DNA of 32,000 nt from Alkalilimnicola ehrlichii MLHE-1 (GCF_000014785.1 NC_008340.1:870001-902000), one strand, 5' to 3'; numbered from the stretch's first letter, positions 1 through 8,808 are shown. Numbers and translations: made by a program. Notes: generated by a model not told the origin, from the sequence alone.

Positions 1-677
1 TGTTTCAGATGGACCGGGACGACTTCATCCTCCGCCAGGCCGGGCAATACGCCACCACCGCCGAGGAACAGGAGGCCCGATACGAGAACATCGGCGGTGC
101 CCGCCACCGCGGTCTTGAACTGGCCCTGAGCGGCGAGGCGGGGCAGCGGGTGAGCTGGGGGGCGGCCTACACCCTGCTCGATGCCCGGTTCACCGATTAC
201 GACAATTTCAACCTGGCGCTGGGGAACGCCCGCGGGGAGTTCCTGGGCGAGTGCGACCAGGTCACCCTGGACGACCCGCGCAGCCAGTACTGCGTGGAAC
301 GCCACGACAACAGCGGCAACCGCATCCCGCGGGTACCGCGCCACACCCTCAACCTGCTGGTGGATTTCCACCTGACCCCGGCCTTCACCCTGACCACGGA
401 GAGCCACACGGTCTCCTCCTGGTTCGCAGATGAACTCAACGAGTTCGAACTCTCCGGTCACACCGTCTTCAACCTGGTGGGCAACTACCGCCAGCGCCTG
501 GGCCGGGTGGATCTGCGCGCGTTCCTGCGCGTGGACAACGTCTTCGACCAGTGGCACTACGAGCGCGCCTCGGCCTTCTACGACAACAACCAGGACGGCG
601 AGTACGACTGGGAGGACGTCACCTTCCTGGTGAACCCCGGGCGCACCTGGACCGCCGGTCTGGAGGCGCGCTTCTGA
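1..677 (+). CDS. TonB-dependent outer-membrane receptor, C-terminal portion (gene starts upstream of the window)
   Basis: The frame is open from the window edge (TTT CAG precede the first ATG at 9). Beta-strand periodicity with G/Y/N-rich turns. The C-terminus ...NPGRTWTAGLEARF ends in Phe, the classic barrel-closing strand of TBDRs. Stop TGA 675-677. Confidence 0.8.
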   Translation, partial: FQMDRDDFILRQAGQYATTAEEQEARYENIGGARHRGLELALSGEAGQRVSWGAAYTLLDARFTDYDNFNLALGNARGEFLGECDQVTLDDPRSQYCVERHDNSGNRIPRVPRHTLNLLVDFHLTPAFTLTTESHTVSSWFADELNEFELSGHTVFNLVGNYRQRLGRVDLRAFLRVDNVFDQWHYERASAFYDNNQDGEYDWEDVTFLVNPGRTWTAGLEARF

Positions 678-1354
678 TGGCAGGCGGGGTTGGCGGGCTG
701 GTGGCCGAGGGGCTCACCGGCATGACGCTGCCGGCTGCGCTGGCGCTCGGACTGGTCTACGGGGTCAGCGCCTGCGCCGTGGTCTGCCTGCCCTTTCTCG
801 GGCCGGTGCTGTTCGCCACCGGTGAGGGGCCGGGGCGCGCCTGGCGCCGGCTGCTGCCCTTCTCGCTGGGCCGGATCGCCGGTTACGCCGGGATGGCCGG
901 CCTCTCGGCACTGGTCGGGGCGGTGCTGCTGGAGGGGCTCGGCCGGTGGCCCGCCTGGCTGCTGGGCGGTGCCGCACTGGTGCTGGCCGGTTACCTGGCC
1001 TGGGGCGGGGGCGGCGCCAGTGATCGGGGTTGTGCCCGGCGCGGCGGTGCCGGCGCCGTACCGATGACCGGCGGGCTCTTCGTGCTGGGCCTGGGTATGG
1101 CCCTCAATCCGGCCTGCGCGTCCCTGCTGCTGGTGTTGCTCTCCGCCGCCGCCATGGGGTCGGTCAGCGAGGGGGTGTTATTGGGCCTGACTTTCGGGCT
1201 GGGCGTCTCGGTGGGGCCCTTTCTGGTCTTCGGTGTGGTCTTCGCCCAGCTCGGCGCGGCGGTTCATCAATGGCTCTGGCGCTGGCGCGTGGCGCTGCGT
1301 CGCGGTGCCGCGCTGCTCCTGGGGAGTTTCGGTGCGGCCACCGTCTGGTTATAG
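677..1354 (+). CDS. CcdA/DsbD_2-family polytopic membrane protein (thiol-disulfide transfer or UreH-like metal permease)
   Basis: ATG 677 overlaps the receptor stop (ATGA). About six hydrophobic helices. The first helix carries SACAVVCLPFLGP (Cx3C then LP), as in CcdA/DsbD membrane domains. The ORF-track start at 551 lies inside the upstream gene. Confidence 0.55.
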   Translation: MAGGVGGLVAEGLTGMTLPAALALGLVYGVSACAVVCLPFLGPVLFATGEGPGRAWRRLLPFSLGRIAGYAGMAGLSALVGAVLLEGLGRWPAWLLGGAALVLAGYLAWGGGGASDRGCARRGGAGAVPMTGGLFVLGLGMALNPACASLLLVLLSAAAMGSVSEGVLLGLTFGLGVSVGPFLVFGVVFAQLGAAVHQWLWRWRVALRRGAALLLGSFGAATVWL

Positions 1355-1411
1355 GGGCGTGGGGCTAGGCCCCATCACCCAACACACATTGAAATGGGGG
1401 GATTGCTTGCG

Positions 1412-2422
1412 ATGTCTGTCTCTTGGCCTACCCGTCTGTGGGGGGCGCTGGTGTTACTGGCGCTGTTGGGCCCGTGGGGCGCGGCCCAGCCGGTGGAGGA
1501 GGCCGGTCCACTCTGGTTGTCGGATGCCCCGCCCAATGAGGCCTATGCGCAGCGGCTGCGCCGCAGCCACGGCGGTGCGGTGGAGATGGGCCGGGGCGGC
1601 AGCACCGCCAAGCGGCTCTGGCTGCGCCATGGCGCGGTGCCGGAAACCGCCGGCTACACGGACGAGGCGGCCGCGGAGGGGTTCGATTTCCGGGTGACCA
1701 CCCCGGCGGGGGAGGCCGAGCGGCTGCGCCCCTTTGTCGACGAGGCCGGGGTGGGGCTGCACTTTCCGATACCGGAGGAGGGCTTCTATAACGTCTACGC
1801 CACCCGCCGACAGGTCCGGGACGGGGTGCTGGCGGTGGAGGTGGTCAAGCATGAGTTGCTGCGCCACCTTTGCTCCGAGGGCCACGACTATCCCATGACG
1901 CTGGTGGCGCCGCGCCACCTGCCGGAGCTCCCGCTGGAGATCATCCGGCTGCGCCAGCCGGATGAGGATTTCCATACCCGGCTCCACTCCGGTGACACCC
2001 TGCGCTTTCGGGTCCTGCGCCACGGGCAACCCCTCGCCGGGGCGACCGTCCGGCTGGTGAGCCAACGGGGCTGGCGCAACCGTGCGGTCACCGACGCGGA
2101 CGGGGAGGTGGCCTTTGAGCTGATCCGTGACTACTACCCCGACTGGCCGGAGTTCCGCCGTCGCCACCGTGACCGTTTCCTGGTCATCGCCGAGCACCAG
2201 GAGGCGCGCGAGGGCTCCCACGCCGGTGACGCCTACCAGGCCGCGCGCTACACCGTGACGCAGCCGGGCTTCTACACCCCGCCGTCCCGGGAGTACCGCA
2301 GTTATGCCTACGGGTTGAGCGTTGCCGGCACGGCGGCGCTGGTGGTGGCCGTGTTCACGTATGGCTATCGGCGCCGGCGCTGGAACCCACCCCGGGAGGA
2401 GGCCTTCGATGAACGCGATTAG
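1412..2422 (+). CDS. Exported, C-terminally membrane-anchored protein; DUF4198/transthyretin-like beta-sandwich suspected
   Basis: Signal peptide MSVSWPTRLWGALVLLALLGPWGAAQP. ATG 1412 is preceded by GGGGGGA; an alternative ATG lies at 1394. The segment GQPLAGATVRLVS...TDADGEVAFEL resembles DUF4198/CarboxypepD_reg-type domains. C-terminal TM helix GLSVAGTAALVVAVFTYGY is followed by RRRRW. Confidence 0.55.
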   Translation: MSVSWPTRLWGALVLLALLGPWGAAQPVEEAGPLWLSDAPPNEAYAQRLRRSHGGAVEMGRGGSTAKRLWLRHGAVPETAGYTDEAAAEGFDFRVTTPAGEAERLRPFVDEAGVGLHFPIPEEGFYNVYATRRQVRDGVLAVEVVKHELLRHLCSEGHDYPMTLVAPRHLPELPLEIIRLRQPDEDFHTRLHSGDTLRFRVLRHGQPLAGATVRLVSQRGWRNRAVTDADGEVAFELIRDYYPDWPEFRRRHRDRFLVIAEHQEAREGSHAGDAYQAARYTVTQPGFYTPPSREYRSYAYGLSVAGTAALVVAVFTYGYRRRRWNPPREEAFDERD

Positions 2423-3422
2423 GCACCGTATCCGGCGCTTTCTGGATGGGGCGGACATCCGCCGCTTTCGCTTCTGGGTGCAACTGGCCGCCTTTGTGCT
2501 GCTGACCTATGGCGGTTATCTTGCCATCGACTTCGGCAGCAGCCTGCCGACCTTCTCCTGCGTGTTCAATCAGGAGGGGCGGGCCGGCGTCTGCTACCTG
2601 TTCCCGCTGCAGCACCACACCCAGATCAGCTGGGATACCGTCTTCGGCTGGCGGGGCGTGATCCTGGTCACTGGCCTGGTCACCTTCGTCGCCTGGCTGA
2701 TCTTCCTGAACAAAGCCTGGTGTGGCTATGTCTGCCCCCTGGGCACGATCCAGGACTGGCTGACCCGGCTGCGCCAGGCCCTGGGCATCCGCTACACCGC
2801 GCTCAGCGAGACCACCCTGCGCCGGATCCGGCCGGTAAAGTTCGTCCTGCTGGCGCTGCTCATCGCGCTGCCGCTGTTCATCGTCAACCCGATCGTCGGG
2901 GCGACCCTGCCCGATGATGCCAGCGTGCCCTTCTGCAAGATCTGCCCGGCACGCATGGTGATGCCGCTGTTCACCGGCGATGTCTCGCAGCTCAGCGTGG
3001 ACTTCTCCACGGTCACCGCCATGGCCTTTACGGCGGTGGGCATGGCCATCACCGGTTTGTTTTTTGTCGGGGCCTTCATGCGGCCGCGTTTTTTCTGCCT
3101 CTTCTGCCCCATGAGCGCGCTGCACTATCTGTTCAAGCCCATCGGGCTGCTGCGCCTGCGCAAGACCGGTGACAAGTGCACCCGCTGCGGCAACTGCTAC
3201 CGGGTCTGCGATATGCAGATCAAGGCCATCGCCGACGACGTCGAGCGCCGGCACATCATGACCGACGACTGCATGATGTGCCTGAAGTGCGTCGCCGCCT
3301 GCCCGGAGCGCGATGCCCTGCAGGCCCGCTTCATGGGCATTCCCATCTACCGCTCCACGGAGGAGGGGTTCGAGCGGCGCTTTGCCCGCGCCACCCGCCA
3401 AGAGCACGAGGATCAGCGATGA
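2409..3422 (+). CDS. NapH/MauN/YccM-type membrane-bound 4Fe-4S polyferredoxin
   Basis: ATG 2409 overlaps the upstream gene by 14 nt. Several TM helices with CxxxCP motifs (CGYVCPLG, CLFCPMS). C-terminal double ferredoxin signature CTRCGNCYRVC ... CMMCLKCVAACPE. Confidence 0.75.
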   Translation: MNAIRHRIRRFLDGADIRRFRFWVQLAAFVLLTYGGYLAIDFGSSLPTFSCVFNQEGRAGVCYLFPLQHHTQISWDTVFGWRGVILVTGLVTFVAWLIFLNKAWCGYVCPLGTIQDWLTRLRQALGIRYTALSETTLRRIRPVKFVLLALLIALPLFIVNPIVGATLPDDASVPFCKICPARMVMPLFTGDVSQLSVDFSTVTAMAFTAVGMAITGLFFVGAFMRPRFFCLFCPMSALHYLFKPIGLLRLRKTGDKCTRCGNCYRVCDMQIKAIADDVERRHIMTDDCMMCLKCVAACPERDALQARFMGIPIYRSTEEGFERRFARATRQEHEDQR

Positions 3423-4681
3423 GCCGCACCCGCGAGATCATCCACAAACGCCACGGCATGGAGTCCAAGGAGACCTTGCGCAAGCTGGTGCACGAGTTCC
3501 CCGACAACCCCGCCGGGATGGACTACTTCTACGCCCTTTTCGAGCGGGCCTACTGCGATGGCGAACCGCTCCACGAGGGCAGGCCGGTGGTGGGTACCCT
3601 CTGCGTGCAGGCCCCGGATGAATTGGTCCGGGCCTGTGGGGGGGTGCCGGTCCGGCTGTGCAACGGGGCCTACGCCCTGGACCAGGTGGGGGCGGAGCAC
3701 CTGCCGGCGCGCAGTTGCCCGCTGGTGCGGGCCACCCTGGGGGCGTTCGAGAGCCGGGCGGTGGCGCCCATGGATCAGTTGAGCCTGGTGATCAACCCCA
3801 CCACCTGCGATCAGAAGAAAAAGGCCGCCGAGCACATCGCCAGCCTGGGGTATGAGGTGTACAGCCTGGAGTTCCCGCCGGTGAAGCACAGCGAGCAGGC
3901 CCGGGAATACTGGCGCAGTTCCGTGCGCCGGTTCGCCCACAGCCTGCCGCGCTACACCGGGCGCAAGCTCACCCGCCGCCGGCTTCGCCGTGCGCTGCAC
4001 GAGGTGGACCGGGCCCAGGCGGAGTACCGGCGGCTGCAGCGGCTGCGCCAGGCCCGGCCGACCCCGCTCTTCGGGAAGGATGCCTTCCTGGTGACGGGGG
4101 CGTACTTCTTCGATGACCTCGGGCGCTGGACCGAGGCCCTGCGGGCGCTCAACGACGAGCTGGAGCAGCGGGTGGCCGACGGCTTCGCCGCCGCCCAGTC
4201 GCGCGCCCCGCGCATCCTCTTTACCGGGTCCCCGCCGATCTTCCCCAACCTCAAGCTGCCCATGCTCATTGAGCAGTCGGGGGCCATCGTGGTGGCCGAC
4301 GAGGTCTGCTCCGCCAACCGGATGCTGCACGACCGGGTCGCGGTGGACGAGTGGTTTCTCTACGACATGGTGGATGCCATCGCCGACCGCTACCTCAAGC
4401 CCTGCACCTGTCCCATCTTCGACACCAGCGAGGACCGCCGCCGCCGGCTGCTGGAACTGGCCCGTAGCCACCATGTGGACGGCGTGGTCTACCAGGCCTT
4501 CGCCGGCTGCCAGGTCTACGAGATGGAGCACCGCGCCATCGCCCAGGCCCTGCAGGCGGAGCAACTGCCGGTGATGTACATCGAGACCGACTACAGCCCG
4601 GACGACATGGGGCAACTCTCCACCCGCGTGGAGGCATTCGTGGAATCACTCAAGGCGAAACGGAGGCGGCGAACGGCATGA
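3419..4681 (+). CDS. 2-hydroxyacyl-CoA dehydratase/benzoyl-CoA reductase family protein (HgdB/BcrB/BadD-like), single subunit; possibly double-cubane-cluster type
   Basis: ATG 3419 overlaps the upstream stop (ATGA). 420 aa with 10 Cys (e.g. TLCVQAP, RACGG, RSCPLVR, TTCDQKKK, EVCSANR, KPCTCP, AGCQVYE). The general layout is that of HGD-D family proteins. It sits directly upstream of, and is coupled to, an HgdC-type activase. Confidence 0.7.
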   Translation: MSRTREIIHKRHGMESKETLRKLVHEFPDNPAGMDYFYALFERAYCDGEPLHEGRPVVGTLCVQAPDELVRACGGVPVRLCNGAYALDQVGAEHLPARSCPLVRATLGAFESRAVAPMDQLSLVINPTTCDQKKKAAEHIASLGYEVYSLEFPPVKHSEQAREYWRSSVRRFAHSLPRYTGRKLTRRRLRRALHEVDRAQAEYRRLQRLRQARPTPLFGKDAFLVTGAYFFDDLGRWTEALRALNDELEQRVADGFAAAQSRAPRILFTGSPPIFPNLKLPMLIEQSGAIVVADEVCSANRMLHDRVAVDEWFLYDMVDAIADRYLKPCTCPIFDTSEDRRRRLLELARSHHVDGVVYQAFAGCQVYEMEHRAIAQALQAEQLPVMYIETDYSPDDMGQLSTRVEAFVESLKAKRRRRTA

Positions 4682-5502
4682 GCTTTTACATTGGCATTGA
4701 CATCGGGTCCACGGCCATCAAGGTGGCCCTGGCGGATGCGGACGGTGAGAAGGTGGCCAGCCGGGTGGACCCTACCGGGGCCGACTTCCGGGCCAATGCC
4801 GTGCGCAGCTTCGAGCGGTTGATGACGGACAACGGCGTCCGCCGCCGGGAGGTCCGTTACATCCTGGCCACCGGCTACGGCCGCCGGCTGTTCCGCGAGG
4901 CGGACGACTCCATGAGCGAGATCACCGCCAACGCCGTGGGCGCCCACCGGGTGGGGCAGGCCTACGGCGGGGTGGCCACCGTGATCAATATCGGCGGTCA
5001 GGACACCAAGGCCATCGGTCTGGATGACGACGGCCATGTGAACAAATTCGCCATGAACGACAAGTGCGCCGCCGGCACCGGACGCTTTCTGGATGTGGCC
5101 GCGCGCAACCTGGAGATCGGCCTGAAGGAACTGGGCGACTACCACCACCGGGTGCAGGGCATGCCCGCCACCCTGAACAGCACCTGTGCGGTCTTTGCCG
5201 AATCGGAGATCATCGGCCTGTTGGCCACCGGCCACGGCAAGCCGGAGATCGTCGCCGGCATCCACGCCGCCATCGCCAAGCGCACCGCACGCCTGGCCCG
5301 CCGGGTGGGTCTGGGCGAGCGGGTGCTCTTTGACGGCGGGCCGGCGCTGAACACCGGCCTGGTGGCCGCCTTGGAGGAGGCGCTGATGCGTGAGTTGATC
5401 ATCCCGCCCGAGCCGCAGACGGTGACCGCCTACGGTGCCGCGCTGCTGGGGCGCGATATCGACCGCTCCGAGCGGGCGCTGGCGGAGGAGGAGTTGCCCT
5501 GA
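4678..5502 (+). CDS. BcrA/BadF/HgdC-type ATPase, activase (electron-injecting 'archerase') for the dehydratase-family protein
   Basis: ASKHA-fold motifs IGIDIGSTAIKVAL, ATGYGR, INIGGQDTKAI, NDKCAAGTGRFLD and CAVFAESE. ATGA overlap with the upstream gene. Confidence 0.9.
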   Translation: MSFYIGIDIGSTAIKVALADADGEKVASRVDPTGADFRANAVRSFERLMTDNGVRRREVRYILATGYGRRLFREADDSMSEITANAVGAHRVGQAYGGVATVINIGGQDTKAIGLDDDGHVNKFAMNDKCAAGTGRFLDVAARNLEIGLKELGDYHHRVQGMPATLNSTCAVFAESEIIGLLATGHGKPEIVAGIHAAIAKRTARLARRVGLGERVLFDGGPALNTGLVAALEEALMRELIIPPEPQTVTAYGAALLGRDIDRSERALAEEELP

Positions 5503-5533
5503 CGCCACGGCAGGCCCACGCCCGCGCCCGGCA

Positions 5534-6547
5534 TCACGCCACCTGCCAGGCGGCCCCCGCCTCCAGCAGCCGCTGCACGTCGCCCGCGGGCACCGGGGGC
5601 GGTTCCGCGTGCGCCGCCGCCTGTGGCTCGGGGTCGCAATAGAGGACACCCAGCGCGACCGGGAACTCCGGCGGCTGCAGTTGCGCCAGCAGGCCCGCCA
5701 GCAGAGGGTTGCGCTCATCGTGCACCAGCAGCTCGTCCTCGGGCACGCCGTCGTCGGTGCCCACGCGGACCACCTCCAGGGTCAGGGTGCGCGGGTTGAG
5801 ACGAAGCCCCTTTTCACCGTCGCGGCCGTAGCGCATGGGCGCCCCGTGGACCAGCCGCAGGGTGTTGTCGGGGGCGCGGTCCTTATCGGTGATCTCGGCG
5901 AAAACCCGGTCGTTGTAGACAATGCAATTCTGATACAGCTCCACCAGTGAGGCACCACGATGCCGGTAAGCCCGCTCCAGCACCTCCGGCAGGGTCTTCT
6001 GGTCCGTGTCCACCGCCCGTGCGACGAACCGTGCGCCGGCCCCCAGGGCGAATCGGGCGGGCACCACCGGATCGTCGGTGGAACCCGCGGCACTGGTGGG
6101 CGAGCGGGTGCCGGGCCGTGACGTGGGCGATGACTGCCCCTTGGTCAGCCCGTAGATCTCATTGTTGAACAACAGGATCTGCAGGTCGGTATTGCGCCGC
6201 AGGGCATGCAGCAAGTGGTTGCCGCCAATGCTCAGGCCATCGCCGTCACCGGTGACCACCCAGACATCCAGCGTCGGGTTGCCCAGTTTCACCCCCGTCG
6301 CCACCGCCGGTGCGCGGCCGTGAATGGTATGGAAGCCGTAGGTCTCCAGGTAGTAGGGCAGGCGCGACGAGCAACCGATGCCCGATATGAACACCTGTTG
6401 CTCCCGCGGGGCGTCCAGCCCGGCCAGCGTTTTCTGGATGCCCTTGAGGATGGCGTAGTCCCCGCAGCCCGGGCACCAGCGCACCTGCTGATCCGATGCG
6501 AAGTCCGCGGGCTTGCGTTGCTGCAGGACTGAGACGGCCGTACTCAT
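5534..6547 (-). CDS. korB: 2-oxoacid (2-oxoglutarate):ferredoxin oxidoreductase, beta subunit (TPP-binding)
   Basis: N-terminal ...VRWCPGCGDYAILKG..., then GIGCSSRLPYY and GDGDGLSIGGNH (TPP motif). 4-nt overlap with the upstream alpha-subunit gene. Confidence 0.9.
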   Translation of the reverse strand: MSTAVSVLQQRKPADFASDQQVRWCPGCGDYAILKGIQKTLAGLDAPREQQVFISGIGCSSRLPYYLETYGFHTIHGRAPAVATGVKLGNPTLDVWVVTGDGDGLSIGGNHLLHALRRNTDLQILLFNNEIYGLTKGQSSPTSRPGTRSPTSAAGSTDDPVVPARFALGAGARFVARAVDTDQKTLPEVLERAYRHRGASLVELYQNCIVYNDRVFAEITDKDRAPDNTLRLVHGAPMRYGRDGEKGLRLNPRTLTLEVVRVGTDDGVPEDELLVHDERNPLLAGLLAQLQPPEFPVALGVLYCDPEPQAAAHAEPPPVPAGDVQRLLEAGAAWQVA

Positions 6548-8430
6548 GCGGTTGCCTCCAGGATCGATGTGATGGCGTCTTCGATTCGGCCCACCTTGAA
6601 GGGTTGGCCCGTGACCTGCCCCAGGCTGCGGGCGTCGATCCCGAAACGGGCCCGCAGGACGTTGACCAGTTGGCCATTGTTCAGCTCCGGGACCAGGACG
6701 TGGTCGTAGCGTCCGAGCAGTTCGCCGAGGTTGGCCGGGAAGGGGCTCAGGTAACGCAGGTGGATATGGTCCACTGCGCTGCCTTGCGCACGCGCGCGGT
6801 GAACGGCCTGGTTGAGCGCACCGTAGGTGGAGCCCCAGCCCACCACGGCGAGGCGACCGTCACCGTCGCCCGCGGCCACGGTCTGTGCCGGGATGTCCCG
6901 GGCGATGCCGGCGACCTTGGCCGCGCGGGCATCCGTCATGCGCTGGTGGTTTTCCGGTTCATAGGCGATGTGGCCACTGCCCTCCGCCTTCTCCAACCCG
7001 CCGATGCGGTGCTCGAGGTCGGGTGTTCCGGGCCGTACCCAGGGTCGGGCACCGGTGGCCGGGTCCCGTTGGTAGGGTTGGAAGCCTTCGGGGTCGTCGG
7101 TGCGGAAATGGACCGGAAAGTGCGCCAGGCCGTTCACATCGGGCACCCGCCAGGGCTCTGCGGCGTTGACCAGATAACCATCCGCCAGCACCATGACCGG
7201 GACCATATAGCGGGTCGCCAGGCGCACGGCCTCCACCGCCACCTCAAAGCAGTCCCCGGGGGTGGCGGCCGCCAGCACTGCGAGCGGGGCATCGCCGTGC
7301 CGCCCGTAAAGCGCCTGGTAGAGGTCGGACTGCTCGGTCTTGGTGGGCAGGCCGGTCGAGGGTCCGCCACGCTGGCAGTTGACCACGACCAGCGGCAGCT
7401 CGGCGCTGACCGCCAGCCCGAGGGCCTCGGTCTTCAGGGCGATGCCGGGGCCGGAGCTGGCCGTGACCCCCAGGGCACCGCTGTAGGAGGCACCGATCGC
7501 GGCACAGGCGGCGGCGATCTCATCTTCGGCCTGCAACGTCCGCAAGCCCTCGCATTCGATATCGGCCATCAAATGCAACAGGTTGGACGCGGGGGTGATG
7601 GGGTAGGAGGCGAAAACCATGGGCAGGTCCGCCCGGGCCGAGCCCGCCAGCAGCCCCCAGGTCAGCCCCTCGGCACCGGTCACGGTCCGGTAGAGACCGG
7701 GGGCGCGCTGCCGGGGTGCCACCGCTCGCCGGGGCAGCGTGGCGCCGAGTTCCGCCGTCTCGCCGTAGGCGTGGCCCGCCAGCAGCGCCGCGCGGTTGGC
7801 CTCGCGCAGGCGGTCACGGGCTGCGAACTTCTCGTCGATCCAGGTCAGCGTGGCCGCCGGGTCGTGGCCGTACATCCAATAGGTCAGGCCCAGTGCCCAG
7901 AGGTTCTTGCAACGCAGGGCCTCGGCCTGGGAGAGACCGAAGGGCTTGACCGCCTCCTTGGTCAACCGGGCGATATCCAGTTCAATCACCTGGAAGCCAT
8001 CGAGGGTGCCGTCATCCCGCGGGTCCTGTGCGTAGCCGGCCTTGGCCAGGTTGCGCTTGGAGAAGCCACCGCTGTTCAGAATGACCGTACCCGCCGCTGC
8101 CAAGTCCGGCAGATTGACTGCCAGTGCGGCCGGGTTCATGGCCACCAGGACCTCCGGGGCATCGCCCGGGGTGGCCACGCGATCAGCCCCAAACTGGATC
8201 TGAAAGGACGACACGCCGAAGGGGGTCCCCGCCGGTGCCCGGATCTCCGCTGGAAAACTGGGCAGGGTGGCGAGATCATGACCGGCCATGGCCGTGGTTC
8301 GGGTGAATTGGCTGCCGGTGAGCTGCATGCCATCGCCGGAGTCGCCGGCGAATCGCACCACCACCGCGCGGTCGGTGGACGCTGCGGTGGTGAGGGTGGC
8401 GCTGGTGTGGTCCTGCTCCTGCTGGGGCAT
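6544..8430 (-). CDS. korA: 2-oxoacid (2-oxoglutarate):ferredoxin oxidoreductase, alpha subunit
   Basis: 628 aa counted from the second Met (MPQQEQ...), which follows GGAGGA by 6 nt. Fused gamma/alpha-type domains (RFAGDSGDGMQLTG..., ASYPITPAS..., GGPSTGLPTKTEQSDL). Confidence 0.9.
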   Translation of the reverse strand: MPQQEQDHTSATLTTAASTDRAVVVRFAGDSGDGMQLTGSQFTRTTAMAGHDLATLPSFPAEIRAPAGTPFGVSSFQIQFGADRVATPGDAPEVLVAMNPAALAVNLPDLAAAGTVILNSGGFSKRNLAKAGYAQDPRDDGTLDGFQVIELDIARLTKEAVKPFGLSQAEALRCKNLWALGLTYWMYGHDPAATLTWIDEKFAARDRLREANRAALLAGHAYGETAELGATLPRRAVAPRQRAPGLYRTVTGAEGLTWGLLAGSARADLPMVFASYPITPASNLLHLMADIECEGLRTLQAEDEIAAACAAIGASYSGALGVTASSGPGIALKTEALGLAVSAELPLVVVNCQRGGPSTGLPTKTEQSDLYQALYGRHGDAPLAVLAAATPGDCFEVAVEAVRLATRYMVPVMVLADGYLVNAAEPWRVPDVNGLAHFPVHFRTDDPEGFQPYQRDPATGARPWVRPGTPDLEHRIGGLEKAEGSGHIAYEPENHQRMTDARAAKVAGIARDIPAQTVAAGDGDGRLAVVGWGSTYGALNQAVHRARAQGSAVDHIHLRYLSPFPANLGELLGRYDHVLVPELNNGQLVNVLRARFGIDARSLGQVTGQPFKVGRIEDAITSILEATA

Positions 8431-8701
8431 GACATCTCCTCCGGGCATAGTGACGACTCACTCGAATCCGATGCAGGCTCCCGGATTCGAGAAGGCCAGC
8501 CTACTCGGAGAGGCTTGCTCCGACAAAGACTATAAAGACGTATTTTTATCTCTCCGGGTTAGGATGGGCCCGGCGCAGGCTGGGGGCGGCCGCGGTGGTG
8601 CCCAGGCGGATGACCGACGGGACGGGTGACGGGGTGGTGGAGGTCCGGGCCTCCAGGGGTACGCCGACCAGCAACGATAGCCGAGCGCTGCGAGCGGGCG
8701 T

Positions 8702-8808
8702 CAGACAAGAAAAAAGCCGCCCCGGTAACCCCGTAAGCGGCTGTTTTTCTTTGCTTTGTCTGGTAGGCGCGAGTGGACCCGAACCACCGACCCCCACCAT
8801 GTCAAGGT
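8702..8808. repeat. attL: 107-bp direct repeat (copy A) of the tRNA-Val 3' half plus its terminator
   Basis: Identical to 17698-17804 except at two positions (8732 C vs 17728 G; 8779 C vs 17775 T). Confidence 0.9.
8761..8808 (-). pseudogene. Displaced 3' fragment (positions 30-77) of tRNA-Val(GAC)
   Basis: Copy of the anticodon loop through CCA of the intact gene at 17757-17833, with no 5' half. The T-loop reads TTCGGGT instead of TTCGAGT (conserved A58 changed to G). Confidence 0.85.

Noticed and set aside
1454-5718. Chain of long minus-strand ORFs (1454-2458, 2355-3407, 3413-4615, 4591-5718)
   Set aside because: Each mirrors a plus-strand gene that has strong family motifs (ferredoxin Cys clusters, activase ASKHA motifs). 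The antisense translations are low-complexity R/G/A/P sequences.
6496-8535. 679-aa plus-strand ORF
   Set aside because: It is fully antisense to korA. The translation is Gly/Arg/Ala/Pro-rich low-complexity sequence with no motif. This is a typical shadow ORF of a high-GC gene whose sense strand has clear KorA motifs.
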